Positions 41,955 to 51,424 are shown, counted from the stretch's first letter. The stretch: 64,000 nt of DNA from a virus (IMGVR_UViG_3300028591_000127:45072-109071); one strand, 5' to 3'. Program-made: numbers and translations. The notes: a model not told the origin generated them from the letters alone.

Positions 41955-44375
41955 TTATTTATATTGAAGCCAAGAGATCAATGTATCATCTTGGGCACTC
42001 TGACTAAATGTTCTCTCGGAGAACTGAGCCTCTTTAATATCGGGCTCCATATTGGGAGCGGGCTGAGCCTTAGCATCCATAACTTGAGCAACAGCTTCAG
42101 CAGCTGCGGCATTGATACTCTGAACAGCAGCAAGAGCCTTATCCTCAATCTCCTCAACAGTATGAGATTCCTCCTCTACGGGAGCTTCTGCAACTACCGG
42201 CTGGGCAGCAGGAGCAGTGGCAGCAGGCTGGGGAGCAATTTCTTGACCTGTAGCAGACTGTGGAGATGCTGCGGCAGGAATAACTTGCTCAGTGAAGAAC
42301 TTGGCAATAGGATCGCAAGAACTGTAACCCTTCTCCTCAATCTCCTCTTCACGAGTCTTCTCAACCTTCAGGTCCTTAGTAAGCTCATCAGCCTCTTCCT
42401 CCGAGATAGGATTAATGTCGAGAACCTCATCCTTAATCTCAGCCTTATGGAAATCGCCAGTCTCCTTATCCTCAATTACTGCGGTAGTATCATCGATAGG
42501 AGTAATGATCTCATTGTCGTTCTCAATCTGCTGACCATCTTCGATAGCATCCTCAATTTCGTCCTCACTAGCCTCATCACTGAACAGACGAGCCATATAA
42601 TTGGTCATCTCTTCACTCTCAGAGAAGAACTTAGTCCCCTTGTCATTTACATAAGAGTAGTTCTTAATCTCACCCTCTTCCTCAGCAAGAGCATTTTCAG
42701 ACTCCTTATTGGGAGCTACAACTACATCCTCAAACTGGTCATCAGCATCATCTTCGTCAATCGGATGAACAACAATCATATCATCATTGAGAATAGTAAC
42801 CTTAGACAGCTCACCAGTCTCCTTATCCTCAACAATAGCGCTCTTAGCATCTACCGGAGTAATGATTTCATTGTCATTCTCAATCTCGGTGCCCTCTTCA
42901 ATAGCTTCCTCGATGTCACTCTGCTCTGCCTCATCACTGAACAGACGAGCCATATAGTCGGTCATCTCTTCATTCTCAGAGAAGAACTTAGTTCCATCTT
43001 CGTTTGAATAGTCGAAATAATCAGAGAATTCCTTCTCTTCATCCTCGTCCTCATCAACAGGTGCCTCATCCTCATAATCATCGGCCTCTTCAATAGCCTC
43101 ATTCATATCAGAATCAACAACGATAAGATCCTCACCATCAAGAACTTCCTTAGCATCCTCAGGATCCATCTCTTCAAGAATAACATCCTCACCAGAAATC
43201 TTAGCCTTGGTAAATTCTACACCATCCTGAACAATAGCAGTAAGAGCATCGATCGGGGTTACAACACCACCTTCAAACTCAACCTCATGACCACCACGAA
43301 TAGCATCATAGACGGCATCAACAGTATCAGTAGTACCGGCCTCTGTCTCTGAGAACATACGAGACATCATAACAGTATTGTCCGTATAGTAACGTGCAGT
43401 ATAGAAACAAGGACAATCATAGTAAGCAGAGAACTCCTTCTGCTCCTGAGACTCTTCAACCTCACCCTCCTCAGGATTAGCGCCAAGGCTAACCAACAGA
43501 TGATAAGCGTAGTCACGAGCAGCTTCGGGGTCGTCACAAATCTTAATAGCCTCAACACCATCAGCCTCAAGACGGGCCTGAAGTGCCTGAGCAGACTCAA
43601 GATCATACTCCTGTGCCTCTACAATGACGTGATCATAAGGCTGAACACCAACAATAATATAGGGAAGATACTGGCCCTCACAGAAAGCCTTGCTATCCAA
43701 CTCAGTAACTTCCATATCGTTATCGTCCAGCTTAACCTTAACCTGATCACCAGTAGCTTCACTGGTAACAACAACGGCATTATCTTCATCGGCCAACTTC
43801 TCAACCTTCAGATCGCCAACCTTTGCAGTCTCCTCACTCTCAATAACTTCAGAGAAGAGATAATCAACAAACTCCTGAGGCATGGAGAAAATTTTCTGCC
43901 AAGCGTCATTCTCAGAGCTAATGCTGAACTGCTTACCCTCATCCTCACATTGACAGGGAGATGCACCACAATTAGGACACTTCTCACCGAAAGCTTGATC
44001 AGCTACGGTCTCAGCTTTTACACCGAGCTTACTATCATCAAAATGATCACTAGCCTTCTCATCAGGAGCACCAGTAGCGGAGCCAGGAGTAACACCATCA
44101 TCAGACGGGTGGGCAAATCTCTCAAGCTGTCCATCCGGAACGGCAATCAGGTCATAAGTCTCAGCTTCCTCAGGATTACGTGATGCGACTGTGATCTCAC
44201 CAGTTTCTTTATCGGTAATAGCTACATCACCATTACCTTGCTTTTCATACTTAACCTCTTCGGTATCAACAACACCATCCTTCTCAGCGGCTTTGATGTC
44301 GTTACCTACCTGTTCCTTGAGCTCAGCAGGTGTCTCCTCAGAAAACATGAGCTCCATCAATCTTGTATTCTTCAT
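41955..44375 (-). CDS. Acidic prohead core/scaffolding protein with internal repeats
   Basis: 806 aa, very D/E-rich, just upstream of the MCP; repeated domains separated by [KR]-x-[FY]-S motifs. Confidence 0.7.
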   Translation of the reverse strand: MKNTRLMELMFSEETPAELKEQVGNDIKAAEKDGVVDTEEVKYEKQGNGDVAITDKETGEITVASRNPEEAETYDLIAVPDGQLERFAHPSDDGVTPGSATGAPDEKASDHFDDSKLGVKAETVADQAFGEKCPNCGASPCQCEDEGKQFSISSENDAWQKIFSMPQEFVDYLFSEVIESEETAKVGDLKVEKLADEDNAVVVTSEATGDQVKVKLDDNDMEVTELDSKAFCEGQYLPYIIVGVQPYDHVIVEAQEYDLESAQALQARLEADGVEAIKICDDPEAARDYAYHLLVSLGANPEEGEVEESQEQKEFSAYYDCPCFYTARYYTDNTVMMSRMFSETEAGTTDTVDAVYDAIRGGHEVEFEGGVVTPIDALTAIVQDGVEFTKAKISGEDVILEEMDPEDAKEVLDGEDLIVVDSDMNEAIEEADDYEDEAPVDEDEDEEKEFSDYFDYSNEDGTKFFSENEEMTDYMARLFSDEAEQSDIEEAIEEGTEIENDNEIITPVDAKSAIVEDKETGELSKVTILNDDMIVVHPIDEDDADDQFEDVVVAPNKESENALAEEEGEIKNYSYVNDKGTKFFSESEEMTNYMARLFSDEASEDEIEDAIEDGQQIENDNEIITPIDDTTAVIEDKETGDFHKAEIKDEVLDINPISEEEADELTKDLKVEKTREEEIEEKGYSSCDPIAKFFTEQVIPAAASPQSATGQEIAPQPAATAPAAQPVVAEAPVEEESHTVEEIEDKALAAVQSINAAAAEAVAQVMDAKAQPAPNMEPDIKEAQFSERTFSQSAQDDTLISWLQYK

Positions 44376-44392
44376 TTGTTTAATTATGTATT

Positions 44393-45187
44393 TTAGTTCT
44401 GAATAGTAACTTGACTACCAGATAGCTTGATTACGCCCTCCTTTGCTAAGAGATCAATAATGTCCTCTGGGGCATCAGGATAGCGCTCTCTAATTATTTT
44501 GATAAACTCTTCAATACCAAAGCAGTTATTATTGGGATACTCAAGTCTCAAGTCATCACAAATATGAGAATCCTCTAGCCAATTCTCTTCTTCGCTAAAA
44601 ACTCTCGTATTAGGATTAGGCATAATACCATGAGCCTTCTTGATAATCATAATACCCTTCTCAGGAAGAGCACCACGATTTTCTAAACCTTCAATAACTT
44701 CCTCCGGACAAACCTCGTGATTCATGATTTCGGGGTCCAACTCTAAGGTCTTGGTAACTGAAATAGTTATTTTTGAGAATAAACGCTCTGTGGCATAAGC
44801 GATTGGACTAATACTGACCTGGTTGTTATCACTAATCCTAGCATAACCGCGCTCGATCATTTCCTCTCCCTTATCAGAGAAAATCTTCTCAAATTCATCA
44901 CACTCCAATACTTCACCAGAGAATTGCTTCAAATTCATCTCATATTCATTCTTTGGAATATCAAATAAAGATTCTCTAGTTTCAGTTTCTTGCTTCTTAT
45001 CTGCTTTAGGGAATAAGGCAAGATTAAATCTCTTACCACCACACTCAGGACAAATAATACTACTTGTCGATTCTGCAGTCTCTAAAACACATCCGCAATC
45101 TTTACAAATGACTTTTCTCAGACTATTATCAGAAGTGGAAGAGAAAAGCTTCTTTCGTGGGAACAATTTGATTCTACTACTTAACAT
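44393..45187 (-). CDS. Zinc-ribbon prohead-core protein
   Basis: CKDC...CPECGG; KLFS, KQFS, KIFS, RLFS, RVFS motifs; between protease and scaffold. Confidence 0.6.
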   Translation of the reverse strand: MLSSRIKLFPRKKLFSSTSDNSLRKVICKDCGCVLETAESTSSIICPECGGKRFNLALFPKADKKQETETRESLFDIPKNEYEMNLKQFSGEVLECDEFEKIFSDKGEEMIERGYARISDNNQVSISPIAYATERLFSKITISVTKTLELDPEIMNHEVCPEEVIEGLENRGALPEKGIMIIKKAHGIMPNPNTRVFSEEENWLEDSHICDDLRLEYPNNNCFGIEEFIKIIRERYPDAPEDIIDLLAKEGVIKLSGSQVTIQN

Positions 45188-46424
45188 TCTTCTCCTCCTC
45201 CATAATAGACTGTTCTAGGCCCTCTGGAAGTTCATTTGGTCCAAAAACCTCTTCCTCCATTGCCTTAGTAAATTCAATATAAGCTTCCTGAAGATTTTTT
45301 AGTCGCATCGGAGTTAAAGTGCCTCGTTTGGACATCTCCATATAAGCCAGGCGGGCCGGTTGTTGTAATTTCTGACTGGCTACACGAACAGATTTTCCAA
45401 GAGATCCTGCACCAGTCAAAGTAGCAATGGTCTTACCCGCCAGGATCTCGGGAGTAAGCACCTCGAAAATATCAAGAAGATCCGTCATAAAAAGAGACTT
45501 CATAATTTTCAAAGTCTCAGGATCAATCTTTTCTGCGCCACCTGCTTGCTTAATTGCTTGTTTGTACTCTAAAAACAGACGACGCATTCTCATTCTGGGA
45601 GAGAACTTAGCATATCTAACACGCTCTCTAATAGTAGCAACAGAATATGTTCTCTCAGTATCCTCTTCGATCTGAACTGTATCGGCCAACATAGAGTACT
45701 CTTTAGCTTTCAGGATACAGTACTTACCATCAATCTTTGAGGATCTTGCTATCTCAGGATCTACGCCTACTTCATCGACACTAGAGAAGGTCTTTACTCG
45801 AATATCTGAATCCTTAATCGAAAAAGTCTTCTCACCTCTCTTAGTATCTTCATCGTCATAGTAAACATCAGTGATTCGAGCTAAAGGACCGAATGAGGGA
45901 TTTTTTGTGAAATCAACACCCTTCAAAAGTTTAATTCTCTTGCACTCATCAATACCATTTCCATTCGATTCCCAATAAGCGAGAACAACCATAGAACAAG
46001 GCACCTGAACACCAGATTTAATTAAACCCTTCAATCTCTTTATATTCTCGGCAGCAAGACTATCAAAATCCTTCTCATCTAGAATATGAATCAAGGCACA
46101 AAGAAAAGGACCTTCTCCCGGAACATTCTCAATGTAAAACTCCTTGACGTAATGAGTATATGTGGGGACATTTTCACCAACACACAAACCCGCATCATCA
46201 ACTCCAATCTGCTTGCGAAGAAGCTCGGGTTTGCCTATAGAATCAGGAAGTGCAGTAAGACCCCTACCACGATGAGTAAGATATCCAAGACACTCCCTCG
46301 TCTCCATAGAACGCTCATATTCCTCAGAGTTAAGATAGTTTCTTACTACAGTTTCACCAATATGAGATCCATCTGCAGCAAAATGATTGGGACCTAACCC
46401 ACAACATCTTACTCTTACATCCAT
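45177..46424 (-). CDS. Prohead maturation protease (T4 gp21-like serine protease)
   Basis: LGYLTH, VPCSMV and GVDFTKNPSF correspond to the His, Ser and Asp motifs of gp21/HK97-type proteases; synteny. Confidence 0.75.
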   Translation of the reverse strand: MDVRVRCCGLGPNHFAADGSHIGETVVRNYLNSEEYERSMETRECLGYLTHRGRGLTALPDSIGKPELLRKQIGVDDAGLCVGENVPTYTHYVKEFYIENVPGEGPFLCALIHILDEKDFDSLAAENIKRLKGLIKSGVQVPCSMVVLAYWESNGNGIDECKRIKLLKGVDFTKNPSFGPLARITDVYYDDEDTKRGEKTFSIKDSDIRVKTFSSVDEVGVDPEIARSSKIDGKYCILKAKEYSMLADTVQIEEDTERTYSVATIRERVRYAKFSPRMRMRRLFLEYKQAIKQAGGAEKIDPETLKIMKSLFMTDLLDIFEVLTPEILAGKTIATLTGAGSLGKSVRVASQKLQQPARLAYMEMSKRGTLTPMRLKNLQEAYIEFTKAMEEEVFGPNELPEGLEQSIMEEEKNVK

Positions 46425-46446
46425 AATTTTAATATTTTTTAGTTAG

Positions 46447-46500
46447 TTAGCTCTCATACTTAGATCGAACTATAGAACCTTGGATGTTCGGTATGAGAGT
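46447..46500. repeat. Structured intergenic repeat, type C, copy 1
   Basis: Near-identical to 53901-53954; outer stem ctctcatac/gtatgagag, inner gaac/gttc. Confidence 0.85.
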
Positions 46501-46528
46501 GCGCGATATACAACCACTGCTAGCTAGA

Positions 46529-47017
46529 TTAATAAGAATAGCCTTCTCTATTAGTATTATTGCTAACAAAATCCTTGCGCTCACGTCTGTTTGCCTGTCT
46601 CTGAGCATACCCAAGGCGCTGATTGTAAAATTTATTATCCTTGATCTTATTACGATTGGCAAGATATGTACTACCTGCACCAATCAAACCACCAGCAGCG
46701 GCACCCAATCCTAATGCGCCTTTGCCACCACCGAGATAGCCAAGATTCTGAGCAATCTTTGCAGCACCTAAGCCGATACCGGCGCCGGCAGCAGTACCAA
46801 CACCCACCTTAGCATAGTTACCAGCATTACTGCGCTTCTTTTCAGCCAGAATATCAGAATCCTTCATCTTTTTCAGATTATCAGTATCATCCCACTTAGT
46901 ATATTGACGCAACTCCTCAAGATACTGCTCCTCAGTCAGATATTCAGAGTAAGAATACAATCTCTCCTCACCATTCTCATCAATATCAGAGAAAAATCTA
47001 TCAACTTTAATAATCAT
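46529..47017 (-). CDS. Extended-leader glycine-zipper protein
   Basis: MIIKVDRFFSDIDENGEERLYS...; two GxxxG helices. Confidence 0.75.
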   Translation of the reverse strand: MIIKVDRFFSDIDENGEERLYSYSEYLTEEQYLEELRQYTKWDDTDNLKKMKDSDILAEKKRSNAGNYAKVGVGTAAGAGIGLGAAKIAQNLGYLGGGKGALGLGAAAGGLIGAGSTYLANRNKIKDNKFYNQRLGYAQRQANRRERKDFVSNNTNREGYSY

Positions 47018-47110
47018 AGTTAAATTTAATACCTCCTAACACCGGAAAATTATAATTATTCCCCCCCCCCGGTATTAGGCCTAGTGTTACTTAGGAGAGG
47101 GATGTGTACA

Positions 47111-47824
47111 TTACTTTGTAAACTCTTTGTTAAACAACTGCATAAAAGAGTCTATTGTTTCTTTAGTCTCCTCGCTTTCAAAATCTATATCACTATTTTC
47201 TTCAGCTAGTTTCTTTAATTCGAGATCTGAATTCTTAATTTCAATATCATCCTTCATCTCATTAAGCTGGTCCATCATGTTCATAATCTGTTGACATGCT
47301 ACCCAGATATCCGGGATAGACATCTCATTTTTATTAAACATCATTTCAGGACTAAGGAGATAGTTAATACAAACCGTTAAACGTTCCAGCATGTGAAGAA
47401 TCATCAGCGGTTTTAAGGATGCAAACATTTCAGACACATAGAGCTGAAGTATCTTTCTCTTCTCAGGTGTACTAACAGCTACTAATGATCTTGATAGGTT
47501 ACTAAGATCTAATTGTAAGTCAGTACCATATTTTTCATTATAGTCAGAGAATATCTTATTGATACTAAGTTGCATCTGTTTAACATTCTCTTCCCTTTCA
47601 TTTTTAGCTAGGAGATTAGCATCAAGTATTATATTTGATGCCTGTTTTGGAAGTTTCGGAGATCCTTGGATAATCTCTTTTAAACCAGCCTTATCATCAT
47701 TCTCATCTCCCAGCAAGACATAATCATCGGTATCCTCTAGTGATCTCCCTTCCTTTTTAAGAAGTTCCTTCTTAAACTCAGGATCCGAGAATGGATTTAC
47801 TGTTTTCATTTTACTTACCCCCAC
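47111..47824 (-). CDS. Hypothetical helical protein (possibly packaging-related)
   Basis: 237 aa, acidic and helical, no leader. Confidence 0.55.
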   Translation of the reverse strand: MGVSKMKTVNPFSDPEFKKELLKKEGRSLEDTDDYVLLGDENDDKAGLKEIIQGSPKLPKQASNIILDANLLAKNEREENVKQMQLSINKIFSDYNEKYGTDLQLDLSNLSRSLVAVSTPEKRKILQLYVSEMFASLKPLMILHMLERLTVCINYLLSPEMMFNKNEMSIPDIWVACQQIMNMMDQLNEMKDDIEIKNSDLELKKLAEENSDIDFESEETKETIDSFMQLFNKEFTK

Positions 47825-48112
47825 TATTATAACCCTCCTTGGACATTTTTTTCTAAATAGACAGAATCTTTATCCAAGTTCTTATTAACAAATTTATTCT
47901 TTATCAGAGCTTTCATGACAGGATTATACTTTATTCGGACCTGGTATTTCTTCTAACCTAAGAGTCACCGCATAAAGCATAATTGGCCCCGTCTTTTAAA
48001 CTAAAGTCTGAATAATATCGTCTTAATAATATCACATTCCTTATAACGAGAGGGAGAGTTACCCTAGCGTTTCTAGGCTCCCTCATTTACGTCTTTTGTA
48101 ATTACTCTGAGA

Positions 48113-48250
48113 TTACATGTAAAACTTTATATTCTTAAAGTCTTTACCGTACATAATCTCAAAATTTCTTGCAGACATCTCAAAATACTTCTTAATCGGC
48201 CATGCAAGATAGTGGCCTGTCTTCTTAGCAAAATTACAAATCTTAATCAT
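48113..48250 (-). CDS. Small protein, 45 aa (below the ORF-track cutoff)
   Basis: Hand translation MIKICNFAKKTGHYLAWPIKKYFEMSARNFEIMYGKDFKNIKFYM*; a hairpin follows at about 48050-48084. Confidence 0.5.
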   Translation of the reverse strand: MIKICNFAKKTGHYLAWPIKKYFEMSARNFEIMYGKDFKNIKFYM

Positions 48251-48346
48251 AATCGTTATATTTAAATGTTAATACTAGATCTCCTCTGAGAAGTTGAATC
48301 TCAATAATAAACCGTTAGGAGACAACGATATGATACTAAGAGTGAG

Positions 48347-48396
48347 ATCCCAAACCCTAATCGAATAGTAACTACCAAAATGTAGCAGTTTGGGAT
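48347..48396. repeat. Structured intergenic element related to type A
   Basis: atcccaaac/gtttgggat stem enclosing ctaatcgaatag and a ctac/gtag inner hairpin. Confidence 0.65.
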
Positions 48397-48405
48397 TTTA
48401 TATCT

Positions 48406-48666
48406 TTACAGTACTATAGCAGAAAGAATTAGCGCAACAATTACACCAACTCCAGCACTAATAAAGTAAGATTTCTTATTAAAATCATCCTTGCCAATAA
48501 TGATACCTAAAAGCTCGCCAAGTAAGGCTGCACCCAAAGAAGCAAAGATAGAAATACCAGTAGTACCAAGAATAGTGGCACCATCAATAGTCGACTCCTG
48601 CCATACTACACCACCAACAGCAAGAATGACCAAAATAATGTTTAAAACAAGTCTCCAAATTTTCAT
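48406..48666 (-). CDS. Small 3-TM membrane protein (holin-like candidate)
   Basis: Three hydrophobic segments in 86 aa. Confidence 0.55.
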   Translation of the reverse strand: MKIWRLVLNIILVILAVGGVVWQESTIDGATILGTTGISIFASLGAALLGELLGIIIGKDDFNKKSYFISAGVGVIVALILSAIVL

Positions 48667-48669
48667 AAT

Positions 48670-48921
48670 TTATACTAAACTAAATCCAAAAATTAGTCCC
48701 CTAATAGTGTAACCAATGGCCACACTAACCAGAGTTATTGTAAAGTCTACCCAATCCCATAGACCTCCCCATAGCTTATCCTTTAATTCAGAGGTAATAC
48801 TAATACCTATGCCAACATAAGCAGCACAATATACAGAGTTTGATCCAAAACCCACTAACAAGCCAATGAGAATATGAAGCCAATGATGACTTTCTGTAAA
48901 CCATTTAATTATTTTCCCCAT
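48670..48921 (-). CDS. Small membrane protein
   Basis: 83 aa, H..G...ELKD...WDWVD...T pattern with hydrophobic helices. Confidence 0.6.
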   Translation of the reverse strand: MGKIIKWFTESHHWLHILIGLLVGFGSNSVYCAAYVGIGISITSELKDKLWGGLWDWVDFTITLVSVAIGYTIRGLIFGFSLV

Positions 48922-48924
48922 AGA

Positions 48925-49362
48925 TTAATCCTCCTGAAGATTCTTAAGGGCTTTTTTATGCCGTTTTACTTTCATACCAGCCTTAGTTGCCTCTACACCA
49001 TGATAAGCTGTATTCAAACCAGTAATACCTAATCCAACAGCATTAAAACCTTTATTACTACCTTTTTTCAGTCCTCTACCAAAAGAACCAGCTAAAATAC
49101 CATTAAGGGTTGCTACAGTTCCGTGTCCTAATGCCTTCCTCTTCTCAGAGGCAATAGCATTCTCATAGGCTTTAGCAAGGTCCTCTTCTGCCTTAGAGAA
49201 ATTCTTATGGTACTCGTAAGAACTACTTTCACTCCTTACCTTACTGGTCGGAGTAGAGTCTGAATATTTATGGTTGACCTCTTTTGACACTCCACCATCG
49301 TCATAAACCTTAATAGATTCTGAATCAAAAGTCTTAGGTCTTTGTACCTTTATTTTAGCCAT
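48925..49362 (-). CDS. Leader-bearing glycine-rich protein
   Basis: MAKIKVQRPKTFD, internal KNFS, two Gly-rich helices. Confidence 0.65.
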   Translation of the reverse strand: MAKIKVQRPKTFDSESIKVYDDGGVSKEVNHKYSDSTPTSKVRSESSSYEYHKNFSKAEEDLAKAYENAIASEKRKALGHGTVATLNGILAGSFGRGLKKGSNKGFNAVGLGITGLNTAYHGVEATKAGMKVKRHKKALKNLQED

Positions 49363-49380
49363 AATTTTGATATTTTAGTT

Positions 49381-49437
49381 AATTAGTCTTCCCGGTCTAA
49401 TCAAATAGGTAGAACTTAATAATGTTCTCCGGGAAGT
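49381..49437. repeat. Structured intergenic repeat, type A, copy 1
   Basis: 56 of 57 nt identical to 56132-56188; stems cttcccgg/ccgggaag and agaac/gttct. Confidence 0.9.
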
Positions 49438-49445
49438 GTTATTGT

Positions 49446-50663
49446 TTAAAGCATATTTTTTAAACCATTAAGGTAATCCCCTGTCTCCTTATAGTTACTA
49501 ATGATAGTGTCTATATCCTTTTCAGACGTTATCCCTCGTAATGATTTTCCTGTAGACATATAGTTCTTACCTAGATCTAGTTTATTTCCATACTTAACAA
49601 GAGCTTTATCAGTAATCACCTTACCTCTAGCCGCATCAATGCCTTTAGATAAACCAGCGCCTAAGAGACCTCCTGTAGCAGCTCCTTTTATCATTCCGGC
49701 ATTTTTCCGAGATCTTACGAAATTATCATACTCTAAAGATCCCTTTTCCAACCCGTATTTATTAATAGCGGCCTTCTTAGCCTTCTTGCCTTCGACCTCT
49801 CTACCAACTAAAGACCCAATCACAGATCCGCCGCCAGACAAGTATTCAGTCTGATGCTTATTAAAATGAGAGAGCCCACCTAATTCTTTAGTAAGCTTAC
49901 CCCTTACGTTATAGAGATCGTTTCCTACAAAGTGTCTAAATTGTTGGGCTAAGATTCTGTCACCCTTGGCAGCAGTAAAAGCAGAGTAATTTCTAGTCCT
50001 AGCAGCAGCCTCAACCACACTATCTACACGATCTAATACAGGCCTGACTACTCTATTAAAAGTTCCTTCAGAGAACCTATCCGCCTGTGTTGAACTAGCC
50101 TTACCGGAAACCATCTCCCTAGCAAAATGCTCGCAGTTATTATTTCTGAGATTATACTGACCGCGATCTTTTCCGATCCAGGATTCGGCCCTTGATACTA
50201 CTTCTTCTGGCGTATAAGGACCTTTAGCTTTCTCTATTCTGAGGGCGCTTCCGTTTGAAAAATGATCTAAGCTTGTATACCCTACATTAGCGGTTCGAGG
50301 ATCAAACTTTTCAGAGCCATATTCAATAATTTTGCCATCTTTACCAACGATACCATAATGTTGATATGCTCCTCGGTCTGCAATAACAATATCACCAGGA
50401 CTCATTGTTTGTCTAACTTGCTCAATATCAGCCTTTATAGGTTTTCCAATATAGGCTTTATATCTTTTTTTCGCATACTTACTACCTGCTCCAAGTGTTC
50501 CACCAATAGTAGCACCGACAATAGCGCCCTTTATTGCTCTTGACTTTTGCTTTCCGTCTTTCTCTTTCCTACCACGAATAAGCTGAGTTGTTGCACCAGT
50601 AATACCGCCAATTGCAGATCCAGTTAGTACGGGTTTTACATAACTAAATCTTTTTACTTTCAT
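49446..50663 (-). CDS. Leader-bearing glycine-zipper protein with LRAT-like (permuted NlpC/P60) domain
   Basis: MKVKRFS; PGD...YQHYGI H-box and YNLRNNNCEHFA (NCEHF) motif. Confidence 0.85.
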   Translation of the reverse strand: MKVKRFSYVKPVLTGSAIGGITGATTQLIRGRKEKDGKQKSRAIKGAIVGATIGGTLGAGSKYAKKRYKAYIGKPIKADIEQVRQTMSPGDIVIADRGAYQHYGIVGKDGKIIEYGSEKFDPRTANVGYTSLDHFSNGSALRIEKAKGPYTPEEVVSRAESWIGKDRGQYNLRNNNCEHFAREMVSGKASSTQADRFSEGTFNRVVRPVLDRVDSVVEAAARTRNYSAFTAAKGDRILAQQFRHFVGNDLYNVRGKLTKELGGLSHFNKHQTEYLSGGGSVIGSLVGREVEGKKAKKAAINKYGLEKGSLEYDNFVRSRKNAGMIKGAATGGLLGAGLSKGIDAARGKVITDKALVKYGNKLDLGKNYMSTGKSLRGITSEKDIDTIISNYKETGDYLNGLKNML

Positions 50664-50669
50664 CTTTGA

Positions 50670-51104
50670 TTAATATCCGAACATATCACGGGCCTTCAGA
50701 CCTCTTATCTGCTTTGCAACAGTATTAGCATTGGCCTCAGACGTCTTACCTGCCTCACGTATACCCTTACTTAATTTCTTAGCACCACGAGTAACCAAGC
50801 TGCTAAGATCTTGTGCAATAGGCTGAGCATTTTTAGCACTTTGCTCTGCTGCACCTGCGTAAAGTTCCTGCATTGCTTGCTTATATCTAACAGCATTTCT
50901 CTTACCCTCCATTCTCATACGGGCAAGAATTCTTTGGCCTTCCGGAGTTTCAGCTAGCTTTTTACCTGCACTAATAATTTTGTCTTTAAGACCAAACTCT
51001 TTTTGAAGATACTGCTCTTCAGTCATATATTCAGAGTAGGAATACAACTTCTCCTCACCATTCTCATCAATATCAGAGAAAAATCTATCAACCTTAATAA
51101 TCAT
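50670..51104 (-). CDS. Extended-leader basic protein
   Basis: MIIKVDRFFSDIDENGEEKLYS... Confidence 0.7.
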   Translation of the reverse strand: MIIKVDRFFSDIDENGEEKLYSYSEYMTEEQYLQKEFGLKDKIISAGKKLAETPEGQRILARMRMEGKRNAVRYKQAMQELYAGAAEQSAKNAQPIAQDLSSLVTRGAKKLSKGIREAGKTSEANANTVAKQIRGLKARDMFGY

Positions 51105-51211
51105 AGTTAGTTTTAAATTAAATTAAGTTATCTTGGCTATTTACCAAGTTTGCTAAGATCCTTAGCAAGTTCAGAGTGCTCCTTAAGCAACACCCTCCTA
51201 TAGTATAAGAT

Positions 51212-51424
51212 TCACTTCTTGATACTATCAGACTTAGACTTACTTTTTTTTAGATCCTTATATGCCTGAATAATTCCTTTTATTAGACCCCTTTTGCGTC
51301 TAGTAGCTTTTTCTACAACGGGATGTATGTCTCCGACCTTATCCATCAGCAAGTCTGTCTCGTCAAGTAATTGATCAACAGGAACTAAGCCCTCTGAATA
51401 GTATTTTTGTCGAATTACAATCAT
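51212..51424 (-). CDS. Small leader-bearing protein
   Basis: MIVIRQKYYS. Confidence 0.7.
   Translation of the reverse strand: MIVIRQKYYSEGLVPVDQLLDETDLLMDKVGDIHPVVEKATRRKRGLIKGIIQAYKDLKKSKSKSDSIKK

Noticed and set aside
40952-44183. Long plus-strand ORFs (351, 347 and 227 aa) antisense to the MCP and scaffold, and similar ones opposite the sheath and tube
   Set aside because: They are shadow frames produced by the strong codon bias of highly expressed minus-strand genes, with Leu/Ile/Ser-rich composition and no motifs.
1-46424. Bacterial eCIS, tailocin or T6SS locus
   Set aside because: Terminase, portal, protease and capsid genes are present, so this is a phage.
47830-48340. Possible tRNA or other RNA gene in the larger intergenic gaps
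   Set aside because: No cloverleaf or T-loop consensus was recognisable, only simple hairpins and a 45-aa ORF.
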